Shown: positions 51,765 through 62,999 of the stretch, in pieces | Layout of the letters: every line of letters starts with the position of its first letter | Position numbering within the stretch: position 1 is the stretch's first letter | Source: Bradymonadia bacterium | Lineage (GTDB): Bacteria > Myxococcota_A > Bradymonadia > UBA7976 > UBA1532 | Direction: 5' to 3' | DNA length: 64,000 bases | NCBI GenBank assembly: GCA_049318805.1 | Contig: JBMOFP010000005.1 | Location: 960 to 64,959 of the forward strand | Made by a program: the position numbers and the translations under genes | The notes under the pieces: model-generated | Told to the model about the DNA's origin: nothing | The model's database searches: none | Seen by the model: the letters and a program-made list of their open reading frames with translations, nothing else

Positions 51765-53807
51765 TCAGGGCGCGATGCGAGCGTCGAGGCGCAGGAAGTC
51801 GCCGCTTGGGCCCGCCACACCGACGGAGAGGTCGGTGACCGGGAGTGTGCCGACGCCGGGCAGCGGCAGCCCCGAGACGAGGTCCGGCAGAGTCTCGCCG
51901 AGTACCTCGAGGAGGCTGAGGACGGGCGACTCGAGCGTGGCCTCGACGGCGCCGCGCAGCTCGGGGTTGAGCACGTCGAAGGTCGCCACCGTCGAGGAGA
52001 GCTCGAGCGCGAGGGTGGGCCCCGCGCCCTGGGCGCCGGGCTCGAGGCGGACGTCCCCGACGAAGACCAACGACGCCGCGCCGTCGATCAGGCTGCGGGC
52101 GTTCGCGTCGTCGGTCTTCACGTGGACCCCGAGGTCACCCACGGCCACGGACAGGCCTGCGCCGGTCTGCCCCGGCTGAACGCGCACGAAGGGCGGGAGC
52201 GGCAGCTTCGGTTCGATGAGGAACGGGGTGTTCGCGGGCAGGTCCGGCCACGCGGTCTGCACCAGTCCGCCCAGGAAGCCGAGCACGAGGTCGGCGGCGG
52301 TCGGCTGTGTGGCGAGGAAGGCACGATCGATCACCGGCAAGCCGCGCCCAGACCGCCAGAATTGATAGAGGAAGAGGTTCAGGAAGTCGTCGTCGATGGC
52401 GAGCGCCACGTCCTCGGTTTCGGGGGCGTCGTCCCACGCGGAAGGCCGACCGAGGTACCCGGGCACGATCGCCTCGGCCTCGAGGGGCGGCTGTGTCAGT
52501 CGAACCGCCGCACCCGCGCGCAGGAGTAGGCCGCCGCCCGAGACCGCGACGGCCTCGGGCACGAGCTCGATCTCGAAGCCCACGTCCAGGAGTTCGAGGT
52601 CGAAGGTCTTCTGGAAATCGGCCAGGGCATCGTCGACGACGCTCGGCACGTACTGCACGGCGAAGGCGGTGGCCATCGTCTCGAGCGCGGCCTCGAGGCT
52701 GGTCTCTTCGGCATTTCCGCCGCCGCCGAAGGGCGGGACCCCCGCGAGGTCGACCGAGAAGCCTTCGAGCTCGACCTGCAGGTCGGTGATCCCGGTCCGA
52801 ATCTGGCCATCCAGGACGGTCGGGGACACCAGCGCGCGGGCCTCGATGGCCGCTGCGCGCAGGGACAGGGGATAACGGTTGCCATCGATCTCGAGAGTGA
52901 CGTCGACGACGAGCCGCTCGACCCGGAGGTACGCCGCGAGTCTGTCGCCGTCCGCCGTGAGGTCGATCGTCGTCCCGGGCGCGTGTTCGGCGCCGACGAG
53001 CTCGATGAGAACGCCCAGCACCTCGATGGGCTCGGTCGGCAGCAAGGTCGTCAGGTCGAGTGCGTCGAAGGCGCGGGCGGCGACTTGACCGATACCGGTC
53101 AGTCCGCGGGCGCCGACCCGGAGTCGGAACGCGCTCGAGACGGGCAGCGCCGGGTCACGCGTCTCGCCGACGAGCACAGAGACGCTCTCCCGGCCGACGT
53201 TGCCGGCGGTGTCGTAGGCCGCGACGCCGAGCACGTTGAGGCCCTCGGGGAGCGTGAAGGGCTCGTCGAAAGTCGGTCCGCGGCCCGGAGGCACGTCCCG
53301 CTCGTTGATCGTGACCCGCGCGAGGCCGCTCTCGTCCTCGGCCGTGAAGCGCAACGCGGTGTCGCCCGCGGCCTGCCAACGACCCCGCTGCGGCGCGTCG
53401 ATGACGACGTCGGGGGGGGTCGCGTCGATGGTGACCGTGACCTGCGCCGTCGCGCCCCCGCCGGTGGCGACGATGGTGCGGGGGCCGTCCTCGACGGTGA
53501 TCGTCGCGTCGAAGAGACCATCGACGAGGCGGGCGCTCACGCCGTCGACCATGATGGCGGCGGGTGTCCCCACGTAGGTGCCCTTCACGGTCAGGCTCCG
53601 GGTCGCCAACAGCGCGCCCTCGAGGGGCTGGGTGATCGTCAGGGAGACACCTTCGGGTGAGACGAAGGCGCCATCACCCGTCACGCCCTGGTCGGCGCGG
53701 GAGGGATCGGGCGTCCCGCCGCCCGCCGGCGCCGAGTTCGCGGCGTCGTCGCAGCCCGCGGAGGCGACGAGACACAGGAGGAGGAAGCTCAGAGGTCGCA
53801 TTGCCAT
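51765..53807 (-). CDS. Large lipoprotein (680 aa) with Ig-like N-terminal domains
   Basis: The lipoprotein signal is MAMRPLSFLLLCLVASAGC. The protein is rich in beta-type composition. It converges on rsmI. The start was chosen at ATG 53807; alternatives are 53831 and 53801. Confidence 0.65.
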   Translation of the reverse strand: MAMRPLSFLLLCLVASAGCDDAANSAPAGGGTPDPSRADQGVTGDGAFVSPEGVSLTITQPLEGALLATRSLTVKGTYVGTPAAIMVDGVSARLVDGLFDATITVEDGPRTIVATGGGATAQVTVTIDATPPDVVIDAPQRGRWQAAGDTALRFTAEDESGLARVTINERDVPPGRGPTFDEPFTLPEGLNVLGVAAYDTAGNVGRESVSVLVGETRDPALPVSSAFRLRVGARGLTGIGQVAARAFDALDLTTLLPTEPIEVLGVLIELVGAEHAPGTTIDLTADGDRLAAYLRVERLVVDVTLEIDGNRYPLSLRAAAIEARALVSPTVLDGQIRTGITDLQVELEGFSVDLAGVPPFGGGGNAEETSLEAALETMATAFAVQYVPSVVDDALADFQKTFDLELLDVGFEIELVPEAVAVSGGGLLLRAGAAVRLTQPPLEAEAIVPGYLGRPSAWDDAPETEDVALAIDDDFLNLFLYQFWRSGRGLPVIDRAFLATQPTAADLVLGFLGGLVQTAWPDLPANTPFLIEPKLPLPPFVRVQPGQTGAGLSVAVGDLGVHVKTDDANARSLIDGAASLVFVGDVRLEPGAQGAGPTLALELSSTVATFDVLNPELRGAVEATLESPVLSLLEVLGETLPDLVSGLPLPGVGTLPVTDLSVGVAGPSGDFLRLDARIAP

Positions 53808-53877
53808 CCCCAGCACAGAAAGGGCCGGCATTATGCAGACGCCCGGCCATGGGGAGCAACGGGTGGGGACCGCGCGG

Positions 53878-54435
53878 TCAGTCCGGGGCGGGCAGGCGAC
53901 GCGCGAGCACGGCCTCGAGCACCATCTGGGCGCCGAAGAAGAGCCACTGCCCGAGGCCGGACACAAAGAGCCAGGTCTCATGGGAGACGCCGGCGGCCCA
54001 CAGACAAGCGAGGCCGTGCAGGATGAAGTTCAGACCGAGCCGCAGGGTCATGCCCCCCAGAAATCGTCGGACGTGCGGGTCGTCGTTCAGCGCGGGCTGC
54101 TGCTTCTCGGCGAGGACGCGGAGCAGCGGCTGGCCACGGCCGACGCTCACGAGCAGCACCAGGGCGAGGGCCGCGTCGCCGATGACCGGCATCGCGTACA
54201 TGAAGCGCGGGTCGTCCGAGGCGAGCGAGAGCCCGCCGAGCCCAAGGACCAGGGCCGACATGTAGAGGGTGGTCCGCTCGATGCGCCGGTCGCGTCGCCA
54301 GGTCCATGCGAGCTCGGCGACCGTATACATGAGCGTGACGGCGAGGGCCGTGGGGGTGTCGGCGACGGCCTCGGCACCGTAGAAGAGCAGGAGGGGCAAG
54401 AGCCCCACGACCAGGCCGCGTTGGGTCTCGGACAT
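53878..54435 (-). CDS. Small inner-membrane protein (185 aa), YciB/IspZ-like (tentative)
   Basis: The protein has 4-5 transmembrane segments. The N-terminus MSETQRGLVVGLLPLLLFYG resembles the septation protein A family. The gene lies 2 nt downstream of the 972-aa gene. Confidence 0.5.
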   Translation of the reverse strand: MSETQRGLVVGLLPLLLFYGAEAVADTPTALAVTLMYTVAELAWTWRRDRRIERTTLYMSALVLGLGGLSLASDDPRFMYAMPVIGDAALALVLLVSVGRGQPLLRVLAEKQQPALNDDPHVRRFLGGMTLRLGLNFILHGLACLWAAGVSHETWLFVSGLGQWLFFGAQMVLEAVLARRLPAPD

Positions 54436-54437
54436 CG

Positions 54438-57356
54438 TCAGAACCAGGGGCCGAGGAAGAAGTAGAACTGCGTCTCGCCGTCCGCACCGAGCCCTCGGGC
54501 CGCGCCGAGGCGGGCGTCGACAGGGAGACGCCATCCGAGCACGCCGCGGGCCGCGACCTCGAGACCGAAGGACTTACGAAACGCGTTCGGCCAAAGGCGG
54601 TAGTCGCGCTCGCGCGCCTGCGCCCAGTCCGTGAATGCGGCGAAGGTGACGTTGCGGCCGAAGACGGGGGCCGTGCCGAAGCCGCGGTACAGGTCGAAAA
54701 CAGGGAGTCGATACTCCGCCGTGCCCAACAGGTACCGCGGGCCGGCGACCGTGCCCGTGGGGAAGCCGCGCAAGTAGGTCGAGCCGAAGTAGATCTGGTC
54801 CAACGCGTCGAGCAGCAGGTTGCGCTCGGGGGCCGGGCTCAGCGCGTAGTAGACCCCGCGGACGTCGTCGCCCACGCCGACGGCGCCCGAGAGACGCAGC
54901 GCGAGCACATGGCGACCCCAGAGGTCTACGAAGCGCGCGGTGTCCCAGAAGACCTCGGCCGTGCTCGCCTCGCCCGCGAGCATCGGGTCGCGCAGTCGAA
55001 GCGTGACGTTCGCGCTCCCGCCGGTCTCGGAGCTGAGCGCGAGCAACGCGCTGTCCCGGCTCGACCAGCTCAGCCCGACGACCAGGTTGCCCCCCGCGCT
55101 CGCGCTGGGGAACGCCGGGGCGCGGTCGAGGGGGTCGAAGGTCGGGGTGTTATTGCCCAGGGGCTCGAGACGCTCGTAGACGTAGCGCATCGAGGCGGAG
55201 GCCGAGTGCCCGGCGCGGCTGAAGGGCAACGACGCGCCGACGGCCAGCGTGGAGATCGACTCGCGCCAGTCGTGACGGGCGCCCGTGTAGTAGGCGCCGC
55301 CCGGTCGAATGCGTGTCGTCCGGGCGACGGTCGCGTTCAGCGAGGGTGTGAGCCCGCGGTAGGCGTAGGCGACCTGCGCGCGCCAGTCCTGCTCCTTCGG
55401 CAACGTATTGAAGTCGCCGAAGACGATGTGGCGGCCGACCGCGTCCGCCGCCTCGACGAGCAACCCGACCTGGCTCGCGGTGTCCTCCGGGCTGGACAGC
55501 GCGAAGGCCGGGGACCAGGCCACGGGGGCGAGGGTCTCCAGAGGGGCGTAGGGGCGCGAGGGCAAGGGGACCGCCCCGACGTCGGGACGGATGGCTTCAA
55601 CGGGCCGTGCGGCGCCCTGGGGGCCCGCGAGGAGGCCCGCGGTCGGGACCACCGCGAGGTCCTCACCGCGAGCGACCAGTAGGCTCGCAACGAGGTACCG
55701 CCCGTCGGGCGAGAGCGCGGGGCCGGTGACGCCCGTCACCGTTCGGGTCAAGCGAACGGCCGCGTCGGCGTCCAGGTCGCGACGGTACAGCTCGAGCACG
55801 CCGGAGCGGTCCGAGGCGTAGAGAACGGCGCGCCCGTCCGGCGTAAAGCGCGCATGGATGGAGAGCGCGTCGTCGTCCGTCAGCGCGCGCTGGTTGCCTG
55901 TCTCCAGGTCGACCAGCCAGAGGGTCCTGCGGGTGTCGACGAGCGCGGTCGCAACGGCCCACCGGCCGTCGGGGCTCACCGCCGGAAACGCCACCTGCCC
56001 CAGGCCGCCGGGGTCGGCGAGGACACGCACGGCCCCGTCCGCGGCGTCCACGCGCACGAGCCGGGTCCTGCCCTCGAGGACCTGGACACCCACGAAGAAG
56101 CGTCCATCCGGGCCGCAGGCCGGCTCCCGAATCCGTGCGCCGCGCGTCACGCGCTCGAGGGCGCGGCCGCGCCAACGGTACAGGTCGTATCCGGACCACA
56201 GGCCGTCGAAGCGGTCGACGCGGTCGAGCACCAACGAGCCATCGCTGCACACGTCGAAGTGGTCGGTTCCATCGAGCTCGAGCAGCTTGCGGCGTGTCGC
56301 GAAGTCGTCCTCCGGGGAGCGGACCCACAGCGCGGCGGGCGCGTCTTCGTCGAGCTCGAGGGCGGCGAGGCGGCCGTCGGGGAAAAAACGAGCGTCTTCG
56401 TGGCGCTGTCCGGTCTCGGTGAGGCGTCGCCAGGGGGTCGGGGGACCCTCGGTGCGCAGCGCGTCGAGCTCGCTCGTGGAGCGGCGACGCAGGTCCTCTT
56501 GCCACGCGTTCCAGGCCTCGACGAGGGACAGACCGTAGCCCTCGATGAACGCCGCGTTCAGCGCGAAGGGCATGACGTCGTCGCCGTAGGCTTCGAAGAC
56601 ACGGGCGAGCCCGGCCTCGCCGTGGGTGCGCGTCAGCCAATCGACAAAATGCCCGCCGTACATGTACCAGACGTTCGGCCCGGGGAAGTCGAGCGGGGCG
56701 TGAACGGCGACGTCGAGGGGCGCCAACGTGCCGTCGAGCGCGGCCGCTCGCAGCCACCCGCGGAACCACGCCGAACGGATGCGTCCACGCGCGGAGGTCC
56801 TACTCTCGAGCCACACCGCGGTGCCCTCGATCACCATCGAGGGCATGTTCTGGTTGGGCGCGAAGCTGCGGCCCAGGACCTTGTTGAACAGCTCGGGCAG
56901 GCCCGAGACCGTGTCCAGGTGAAGAATGTGCGCGTACTCGTGGTAGACGAGCACACGGAGCCAGTCGTCGTAGTCGTTGAGATTGCCGTCGAGGTTCGGG
57001 GGCGCCGCGTAGATGTTCATCTCGAGCGACGGGATCGCGGTCGCCGATCCGTTCGCCGAGTCACCGAAGTCGCTGACGACGACCTGGGTGCGCTGCGTAG
57101 GTCGGTGGCGAAGCACCGGTGTGAGCGCCCGATGCGCTTCTTCGCAGATGCGCGCCGTGCGGAACGCGACGGCCTCGAGGCCCAGCGGGTAGTGCACCTG
57201 GAAGTGCGGCGTGTCGATGGTGCGCCACGAGGGCGTCGGGCGCCCGGCGTGGGCGCGGCCGAGTCCGAGCCCCACCAGCACCGAAAGCATCCACACGGCG
57301 GCCGCGGGCCACACGAGACGCGAGGCAGCGAGGCGTGCTGTGGACGAAGACGGCAT
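54438..57356 (-). CDS. Secreted multidomain protein (972 aa): HExxH metallopeptidase-like domain + TolB-type PD40 beta-propeller + C-terminal beta-rich domain ending in Phe
   Basis: The signal peptide is [24 protein letters not shown]. The peptidase-like motif is [12 protein letters not shown] propeller blades repeat along the protein ([56 protein letters not shown]). The C-terminus is …FYFFLGPWF. Confidence 0.75.
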   Translation of the reverse strand: MPSSSTARLAASRLVWPAAAVWMLSVLVGLGLGRAHAGRPTPSWRTIDTPHFQVHYPLGLEAVAFRTARICEEAHRALTPVLRHRPTQRTQVVVSDFGDSANGSATAIPSLEMNIYAAPPNLDGNLNDYDDWLRVLVYHEYAHILHLDTVSGLPELFNKVLGRSFAPNQNMPSMVIEGTAVWLESRTSARGRIRSAWFRGWLRAAALDGTLAPLDVAVHAPLDFPGPNVWYMYGGHFVDWLTRTHGEAGLARVFEAYGDDVMPFALNAAFIEGYGLSLVEAWNAWQEDLRRRSTSELDALRTEGPPTPWRRLTETGQRHEDARFFPDGRLAALELDEDAPAALWVRSPEDDFATRRKLLELDGTDHFDVCSDGSLVLDRVDRFDGLWSGYDLYRWRGRALERVTRGARIREPACGPDGRFFVGVQVLEGRTRLVRVDAADGAVRVLADPGGLGQVAFPAVSPDGRWAVATALVDTRRTLWLVDLETGNQRALTDDDALSIHARFTPDGRAVLYASDRSGVLELYRRDLDADAAVRLTRTVTGVTGPALSPDGRYLVASLLVARGEDLAVVPTAGLLAGPQGAARPVEAIRPDVGAVPLPSRPYAPLETLAPVAWSPAFALSSPEDTASQVGLLVEAADAVGRHIVFGDFNTLPKEQDWRAQVAYAYRGLTPSLNATVARTTRIRPGGAYYTGARHDWRESISTLAVGASLPFSRAGHSASASMRYVYERLEPLGNNTPTFDPLDRAPAFPSASAGGNLVVGLSWSSRDSALLALSSETGGSANVTLRLRDPMLAGEASTAEVFWDTARFVDLWGRHVLALRLSGAVGVGDDVRGVYYALSPAPERNLLLDALDQIYFGSTYLRGFPTGTVAGPRYLLGTAEYRLPVFDLYRGFGTAPVFGRNVTFAAFTDWAQARERDYRLWPNAFRKSFGLEVAARGVLGWRLPVDARLGAARGLGADGETQFYFFLGPWF

Positions 57357-57436
57357 GCGACGGAGGTTATAGCAGGCGAGGGCGGTTGCCGCGCGCGTCC
57401 GTGGTGCCTACCATCGACCCCGGAGGACCTCGAGGC

Positions 57437-58843
57437 ATGGCGGACCGGATTCTGGTCGTCGACGACGAGGCCAACCTGCGCAAGGTGCTCGGCGCCATGC
57501 TGCGGCGGGATGGCTACGAGGTCGACACGGCCGAGGACGGCGCCGAGGCTCTGCTGATGCTCGACGACGAGCGGTACGCGGCGGTCCTGACCGATCTGCG
57601 CATGCCGCAGGTCGACGGCATGGCCGTGCTGCGGCGGGTCATGGTGCGCAGCCCCGAGACGCCGGTGATCCTGCTCACGGCCCACGGTACGGTCGACGCG
57701 GCGGTGGAGGCGTTGAAGGCGGGCGCGTTCGACTTCATCACGAAGCCTTTCGACCAGGCCGAGCTCGGCCGCATCCTGGCCAAGGCGGTACGGACCAGCG
57801 CGCTCGCGGAGTTCGAAAGCACGAACCTGGCCCGGGGGGACGGGTCGGGACGCTACGGCTTGATCGGGAACTCACCGCTCATGCACCGCGTCTTCGAGAT
57901 CATCGACCGGGTCGCGGCGACGCCCTCCACGGTCCTCATCACGGGGGAGAGCGGGACGGGCAAGGAGTTGGTGGCCCGCGCGCTCCACGAGCACAGCGGG
58001 CGCGCGGGGCGTCCGTTCATTCGTGTGAACTGCGCCGCGATCCCCGAGGGCCTCATCGAGTCGGAGCTCTTCGGCTACGAGAAGGGCGCCTTCACCGGCG
58101 CGGTCGCCAGCAAACCCGGTCGCTTCGAGCTCGCCCACGGGGGGACGCTCTTCCTCGACGAGATCGGCGAGGTCTCGACCGAGATGCAGGTCAAGCTGCT
58201 CCGGGCCGTGCAGGAGAGCGAGTTCGAGCGGGTGGGCGGCATCACGACGCGTCGGGTCGAGGTGCGGCTCATCGCCGCGACGAACCGCGACCTCGCCAAG
58301 GACGTGGCCGACGGCAAGTTCAGAGACGACCTGTACTATCGGCTCAACGTGGTCCCGATCGCGCTGCCGCCGCTGCGTGACCGGCCGGGAGACGTACCCG
58401 CGCTGGCCGAGCACATGCTCGGGAAGTACATGCAGAAGCTCTCGCGCAAGGGACTGGAGCGCTTCTCGGACGACGCCATGACGGCCCTGCAGGCCTACCC
58501 CTGGCCAGGCAACATCCGCGAGCTCGAGAATGTGATCGAGCGCACGCTGCTCTTCTGCGACGGGCCCGTGATCGAGGTGAAGGACCTGCCCATCGAGTTC
58601 ACCGGGCGCTTGGCGGGGGGGCCAGCGCAGCCCCCGATTCCCCCGTTCTCTGGCCCCGTGGGCGTCACCGCGCTCAAGGACGTGGTGCGTTGGACGACCC
58701 AGGTCGTGGAGCGCGACCTCATCGAGCGCGCCCTCGCCGAGACCGCCGGCAACGTGACACGCGCCGCGCGAAAGCTGGAAATCTCGCGCAAGAGCTTGCA
58801 GATCAAGATGAAGGAACTTGGGCTCCGCGAACCGGAGCGGTAA
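57437..58843 (+). CDS. NtrC-family sigma-54-dependent response regulator (REC + AAA+ + Fis HTH)
   Basis: The receiver domain reads ILVVDDE…LTDLRMP. The AAA+ domain has [24 protein letters not shown] and [15 protein letters not shown]. The C-terminal HTH reads [28 protein letters not shown] ribosome-binding site is present. Confidence 0.92.
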   Translation: MADRILVVDDEANLRKVLGAMLRRDGYEVDTAEDGAEALLMLDDERYAAVLTDLRMPQVDGMAVLRRVMVRSPETPVILLTAHGTVDAAVEALKAGAFDFITKPFDQAELGRILAKAVRTSALAEFESTNLARGDGSGRYGLIGNSPLMHRVFEIIDRVAATPSTVLITGESGTGKELVARALHEHSGRAGRPFIRVNCAAIPEGLIESELFGYEKGAFTGAVASKPGRFELAHGGTLFLDEIGEVSTEMQVKLLRAVQESEFERVGGITTRRVEVRLIAATNRDLAKDVADGKFRDDLYYRLNVVPIALPPLRDRPGDVPALAEHMLGKYMQKLSRKGLERFSDDAMTALQAYPWPGNIRELENVIERTLLFCDGPVIEVKDLPIEFTGRLAGGPAQPPIPPFSGPVGVTALKDVVRWTTQVVERDLIERALAETAGNVTRAARKLEISRKSLQIKMKELGLREPER

Positions 58844-58897
58844 GTTCTCCTGCAATGGGCCCGGGCTGGGCCTTCACGGTGGAACGCGGGGGGTTGC

Positions 58898-60310
58898 ATG
58901 CAGCGGCCACGGCGAGGGCTCTCGATGTTCTTCGCGCTCAGCGGGCTGGGGCCGGCGCCTGCGCTGGCGTCGGTCCTCACGGACGTCGTCGACGCCGCGG
59001 ATGGGGACGATCCCTTCGACGTGACCGCGGACGTCGCCTACGACCGCACGCTGCGTCGCGCGAAGATCACCCGCGAGTTCCCGTGCGACCCGGCGCAGAC
59101 CCTGGACACGTGTGACTCGGCGCTCCCGGGCGTCGGGCAGATGGTCCACGCCAAGGAGCTGCGCATTCAGCGCATCACGCACACCCTCACGCCTCGGCTC
59201 CGCTTCGGTCTGTACCGCGATCTCGAGCTCGCCATCGAGGCGCCCGTCGTGATCGAAGACACGCAGGAGGTCCGGTTCGCCGGCAACAGCGGCGATCCGA
59301 ACGGCGTCGCCGTGGATCCGACGATCAGCACCATCGCCCCGGGCTCTCGACAGCGGGTCGTCAACGGGCGCGTCGTGCTCGGTCCGGACGGCGAGCCGGT
59401 CATGGAGGACCCCGAGAACCTGTTCGACGTGCCGCCCGCCGAGTTGCCGACCCGCGGCGGCTTCGGGGACATGCAGCTCGCCTTGCGGTGGTCGCCCTAC
59501 AATCAGGAGCGCGACCAGGCGCGCGCGACCTGGTTGCTCGAGTTCGCGTGGCGGTTGCCGACGGGCGAGGTCATGAAGGCCGACAACGAAGGCGTCGGCC
59601 GTGGGGTGCATGCGCTGACCGCGGCCACCGCCGTCTCGCGGCGTTTCCGATACACGGAGCCCTACGTGCGCGTGGATGGCACGCTCCACGTGCCGTCCTC
59701 GGACTCGCTGTTCAAGGACTATCGTTTCGCCCAGGAGCGAGTGGGCCCGGGCGCAGTCGTCGGCTTCCTGGTCGGCAGCGAGTTCGTGCCCTACGAGCAG
59801 GCGGAGCGGGGCATCAAGCTCTTCTTCGACCTGGGGCTCGGAGCGCACTACCACGCCGAGGGCCGCGACTACTCCGAGCTCTTCGATGCGCTGGCGAGCG
59901 GAGGGCGCGACTGCCCGACGGATCCGCGCGCGGCTGTTGATCCGAATCGCTCCTGCTACAACCCGGACAGCAACTCCGAGCTTGCCGGTCAGGCCTTCGA
60001 CGGCATCACGACGGTCGAACAGTTCGTCACCGCGAAGGCGCACCTCGGCTTCGGTCTCCAGACGAGCCAGCACCTCCGTATCGGGACCGAGCTCTCCCTG
60101 GCCCACGACACCGAGCACTTCATCAGCACCGCGGACGTGGGCAAGGACCTCAACGGCACGGGCATCGTCGAGTCACGCGCCGACGGGAACTGGAGCGCCG
60201 AAGAGCAGAACCCGACCTACGTACGCTCCATCGACGCGCTCGGGCGTCGGCTGAGGGTCGAGGAGACCACGGTCTTCAACGTGCGGATGAGCGCGACGCT
60301 GATGTTCTGA
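58898..60310 (+). CDS. Secreted hypothetical protein (about 460 aa), probably an outer-membrane beta-barrel (C-terminal …ATLMF)
   Basis: The signal peptide is MFFALSGLGPAPALA (the start may be 58925). The sequence shows alternating beta-strand patterns and a terminal Phe. It lies downstream of the NtrC-like gene. Confidence 0.6.
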   Translation: MQRPRRGLSMFFALSGLGPAPALASVLTDVVDAADGDDPFDVTADVAYDRTLRRAKITREFPCDPAQTLDTCDSALPGVGQMVHAKELRIQRITHTLTPRLRFGLYRDLELAIEAPVVIEDTQEVRFAGNSGDPNGVAVDPTISTIAPGSRQRVVNGRVVLGPDGEPVMEDPENLFDVPPAELPTRGGFGDMQLALRWSPYNQERDQARATWLLEFAWRLPTGEVMKADNEGVGRGVHALTAATAVSRRFRYTEPYVRVDGTLHVPSSDSLFKDYRFAQERVGPGAVVGFLVGSEFVPYEQAERGIKLFFDLGLGAHYHAEGRDYSELFDALASGGRDCPTDPRAAVDPNRSCYNPDSNSELAGQAFDGITTVEQFVTAKAHLGFGLQTSQHLRIGTELSLAHDTEHFISTADVGKDLNGTGIVESRADGNWSAEEQNPTYVRSIDALGRRLRVEETTVFNVRMSATLMF

Positions 60311-60319
60311 GGTTTTCGC

Positions 60320-61108
60320 TCAGCGGCGCTTGTGCACGAAGTAGGTCGCCACGGCGATCGCGCACACCGCGGAGGCGGCGACCCAGAGGAAGTCGCCCTC
60401 GACGGAGCCGGAGAGTGCGGGTACGGCGCGGGCATCGCCCTGCAGTGCACCGCGCACGCCGCTGACCATGTAGCTCATGGGGTTCAATCGGAGCAGCGTC
60501 GCGAGCACGCCGCCCGACTCCCCCGGGGGAAACATCGCCCCGGAGAGCACCCACGCGGGGAGCAGAAGGATGCTCATGACCGCGTGATACCCCTGGGTGG
60601 AGTCCGTGAGCCACGCCAGCGCGAAGCCGAACGCCGACAGGCCGAGAGCGCCCACGACCAGGAAAGCCACGAGCGGCACCCAGTGGATGTCGCCGAAGCC
60701 GAAGCCCGCGGTCGGCGCGAGGCCGAGGAAAAGCGCGGCCTGAACGAGCCCCACGCTGGCGACGCCGAGGGACTTGCCGACGACCACCGCCGTGCGTGAG
60801 CCCGGGCTGACCAGAACGGACTGGAGGAAGCCGGCGTGGCGGTCCTCGATGACGGTGATCGTGCCGAAGATGCTGGCGAAGAGCACCATCATGACCACGA
60901 TCCCGGGGAAGAAGTACTGCATGTAGCCGACGCCCGGAGCGGTCGCGTACTGGAAGGTGGACGCGAGACCGCCGCCGATGAGGAGCCAGAAGACCACCGG
61001 CTGCATGAGCGCGCCGACGAGGCGCGTGGGCTGACGCAGAAATCGTAGAAGCTCACGCCGCGCCAGGACGGTCACGGTCGCGAGGTCGTCTCTCAAAGCG
61101 TGGTTCAT
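60320..61108 (-). CDS. ABC-2 family transporter permease
   Basis: The ORF encodes 262 aa with 6 transmembrane segments. Its ATG overlaps the ATPase stop (ATGA). Confidence 0.85.
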   Translation of the reverse strand: MNHALRDDLATVTVLARRELLRFLRQPTRLVGALMQPVVFWLLIGGGLASTFQYATAPGVGYMQYFFPGIVVMMVLFASIFGTITVIEDRHAGFLQSVLVSPGSRTAVVVGKSLGVASVGLVQAALFLGLAPTAGFGFGDIHWVPLVAFLVVGALGLSAFGFALAWLTDSTQGYHAVMSILLLPAWVLSGAMFPPGESGGVLATLLRLNPMSYMVSGVRGALQGDARAVPALSGSVEGDFLWVAASAVCAIAVATYFVHKRR

Positions 61109-62052
61109 GGCGCGTTCTCCGCGCTGAAGAAGGTCCGCCCGGTGAGCTGGCGGAAGACCTCGGCGAGGGTCGGTCTCTGGAGGTTGACGGCCTCGAGGCG
61201 ACCGGTGGGCAAGGCCTCGACGATCCGCGGAATCCACTCGTGGCCCCGCTCGCAGGCGAGAACCACCGTGTCGCGAACGACCCGCGCGTCCAGATCGAAG
61301 CGTTCCTTGAGCCACTGCGCCAGCGTCTCGGGCTCCCGCGCCGTCAGCGTGACGATGTCCCCGGTGACCGAGGCCTGCAGTCTGGCCGGCGTGTCCGTGG
61401 CCACGATACGTCCGGCGTCCAGAAGCGCCAGACGGTCGCACCGGGCCGCCTCTTCGGGTCGATGGGTGGTGAGCAGCAGGGTCAGGCCCTCGCGGGCGCG
61501 CAGCGCCTCCAGACGCTCCCACGTGCGCTCGAAGGACGCTTGGTCCAGACCGACCGTGGGCTCGTCCAGAATCAGCAGTCGCGGCCGGTGCACGAGCGCC
61601 CGCGCGAGCTCGAGCCGGCGACGCATGCCGCCGGAGAGCGTGCGCACCTTGTCTCCGGCACGGTCCGACAGGTCCGCGAATGCCAGCAACTCGTCGATGC
61701 GCGACGCGGCGTCGGTCCGGGGCAGGGAGTGCAGGCGCGCCGTGAGCTCGAGGTGCTCGCGCGGGGAGAGATTCGGATCGACGCTCGGGCTCTGGAAGAC
61801 GACGCCCGTGTGGCGGCGCAGGCTCCGCGCACCGGGCGAGACGACCTGGCCCTCGAAGCGCAGGGTGAGCGTGTGGGGGACCAGGAGGCCCGTCAGCACC
61901 AGGAACGTAGTGCTCTTCCCGCTGCCGTTGGGCCCGAGCAGACCGAAGATCTCGCCGGGAGCGACGTGGAAGTCGACCCCCTCCAGCACCGTACGTTTCT
62001 TGAATCCCGCGCGCAGGCCGGAGATCTGGAGCAGGGGGGCCTCAGCCGACAT
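61105..62052 (-). CDS. ABC transporter ATP-binding protein
   Basis: Walker A is GPNGSGKST, the ABC signature is LSGGMRRR, and Walker B is LLILDEPT. Confidence 0.9.
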   Translation of the reverse strand: MSAEAPLLQISGLRAGFKKRTVLEGVDFHVAPGEIFGLLGPNGSGKSTTFLVLTGLLVPHTLTLRFEGQVVSPGARSLRRHTGVVFQSPSVDPNLSPREHLELTARLHSLPRTDAASRIDELLAFADLSDRAGDKVRTLSGGMRRRLELARALVHRPRLLILDEPTVGLDQASFERTWERLEALRAREGLTLLLTTHRPEEAARCDRLALLDAGRIVATDTPARLQASVTGDIVTLTAREPETLAQWLKERFDLDARVVRDTVVLACERGHEWIPRIVEALPTGRLEAVNLQRPTLAEVFRQLTGRTFFSAENAP

Positions 62053-62935
62053 GCAGGGGGCCGGCGTCGAGGACGAGCACTGCGAACAGCACGGTCAGGT
62101 AAATCAGCGAATACAAAAAGAAATTCCGCGCCCACAGGGCATCGGACGCGGCCTTGAAGCCGGCCAAGGCGAATCCGAGGAAGCCGAGCCCGAGGGCGAG
62201 CGTGACCGCGAAGTACACGGGCCCTGCGACCCCCAACGGCACGAGCGCCAAGCTGACCGGGAGCAGCAGCACGGACCAGGCCACGGCGTGCCACTTGGTC
62301 GTTCGGACACCGCGCACGATGGGCAGGGTGCGGATGCCTGCCCGGTCGTACTCGCTCTGCCGGTAAATCGCGATCGCCAGGAAGTGGGGGATCTGCCAGA
62401 TGAAGAGGATGCCGAAGAGCACGAGCCCGGGCCACTCGGTCCCCCCCGTGACGGCGGACCACCCGAGGAGCGGAGGCATCGCACCCGGGACGGAGCCGAC
62501 GACGAGCGCGATGGGCCCGAGGTGTTTGAGGGGCGTGTAGAGGCAAACGTAGCTGACGAGCGCCGTGGCGGCGAGCAGGCCCGTGACCGGGTTCACCAGG
62601 AACGTGAGCACCGGCAAGGAGAACGCGGCGAGGGCCAGGCCGAAGAAGAGGGCGACCGACGGGGCGAGCCGACCGGCGGGGAGGGGCCGGTCCCGTGTCC
62701 GGGCCATCAGTTTGTCGGAGTCGCGCTCGAGGTAGCAGTTCAGGGCGTTCGCGGCCGCGACGACCACGACGGTCCCGACGAGGGTCGCGATCAACGCGGT
62801 CCACCCGAGGCGCCCGGGCGCAAGCCAGAGGCCGCCCGCGGTGGTGATGATCACGAGGAGGGTGATGCGCGGCTTCGCCAACGCGATCAGGTCGCGCCAC
62901 ACAGGGGTCGACGGGGGGGCAACGGCCTCGCTCAT
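62042..62935 (-). CDS. ctaB: Protoheme IX farnesyltransferase (heme O synthase)
   Basis: The protein is a UbiA-family prenyltransferase (NCYLERDSDKLMARTRDRPLPAGR…YTPLK) with multiple transmembrane segments. Confidence 0.85.
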   Translation of the reverse strand: MSEAVAPPSTPVWRDLIALAKPRITLLVIITTAGGLWLAPGRLGWTALIATLVGTVVVVAAANALNCYLERDSDKLMARTRDRPLPAGRLAPSVALFFGLALAAFSLPVLTFLVNPVTGLLAATALVSYVCLYTPLKHLGPIALVVGSVPGAMPPLLGWSAVTGGTEWPGLVLFGILFIWQIPHFLAIAIYRQSEYDRAGIRTLPIVRGVRTTKWHAVAWSVLLLPVSLALVPLGVAGPVYFAVTLALGLGFLGFALAGFKAASDALWARNFFLYSLIYLTVLFAVLVLDAGPLHVG

Positions 62936-62999
62936 GCCGCGCGGCTTCTACCGGTTTGCGCGCCCCACCGTCAAGCCGCGGCCCCCATCGTGGCCCGGC

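Noticed and set aside
58860-58900. Sigma-54-like element TGGAACGCGGGGGGTTGCA upstream of the OMP-like gene, downstream of the NtrC-like regulator
   Set aside because: The GG-to-GC spacing is 15 nt, not 12. The element also overlaps the candidate start codon, so it is not a credible -24/-12 promoter.
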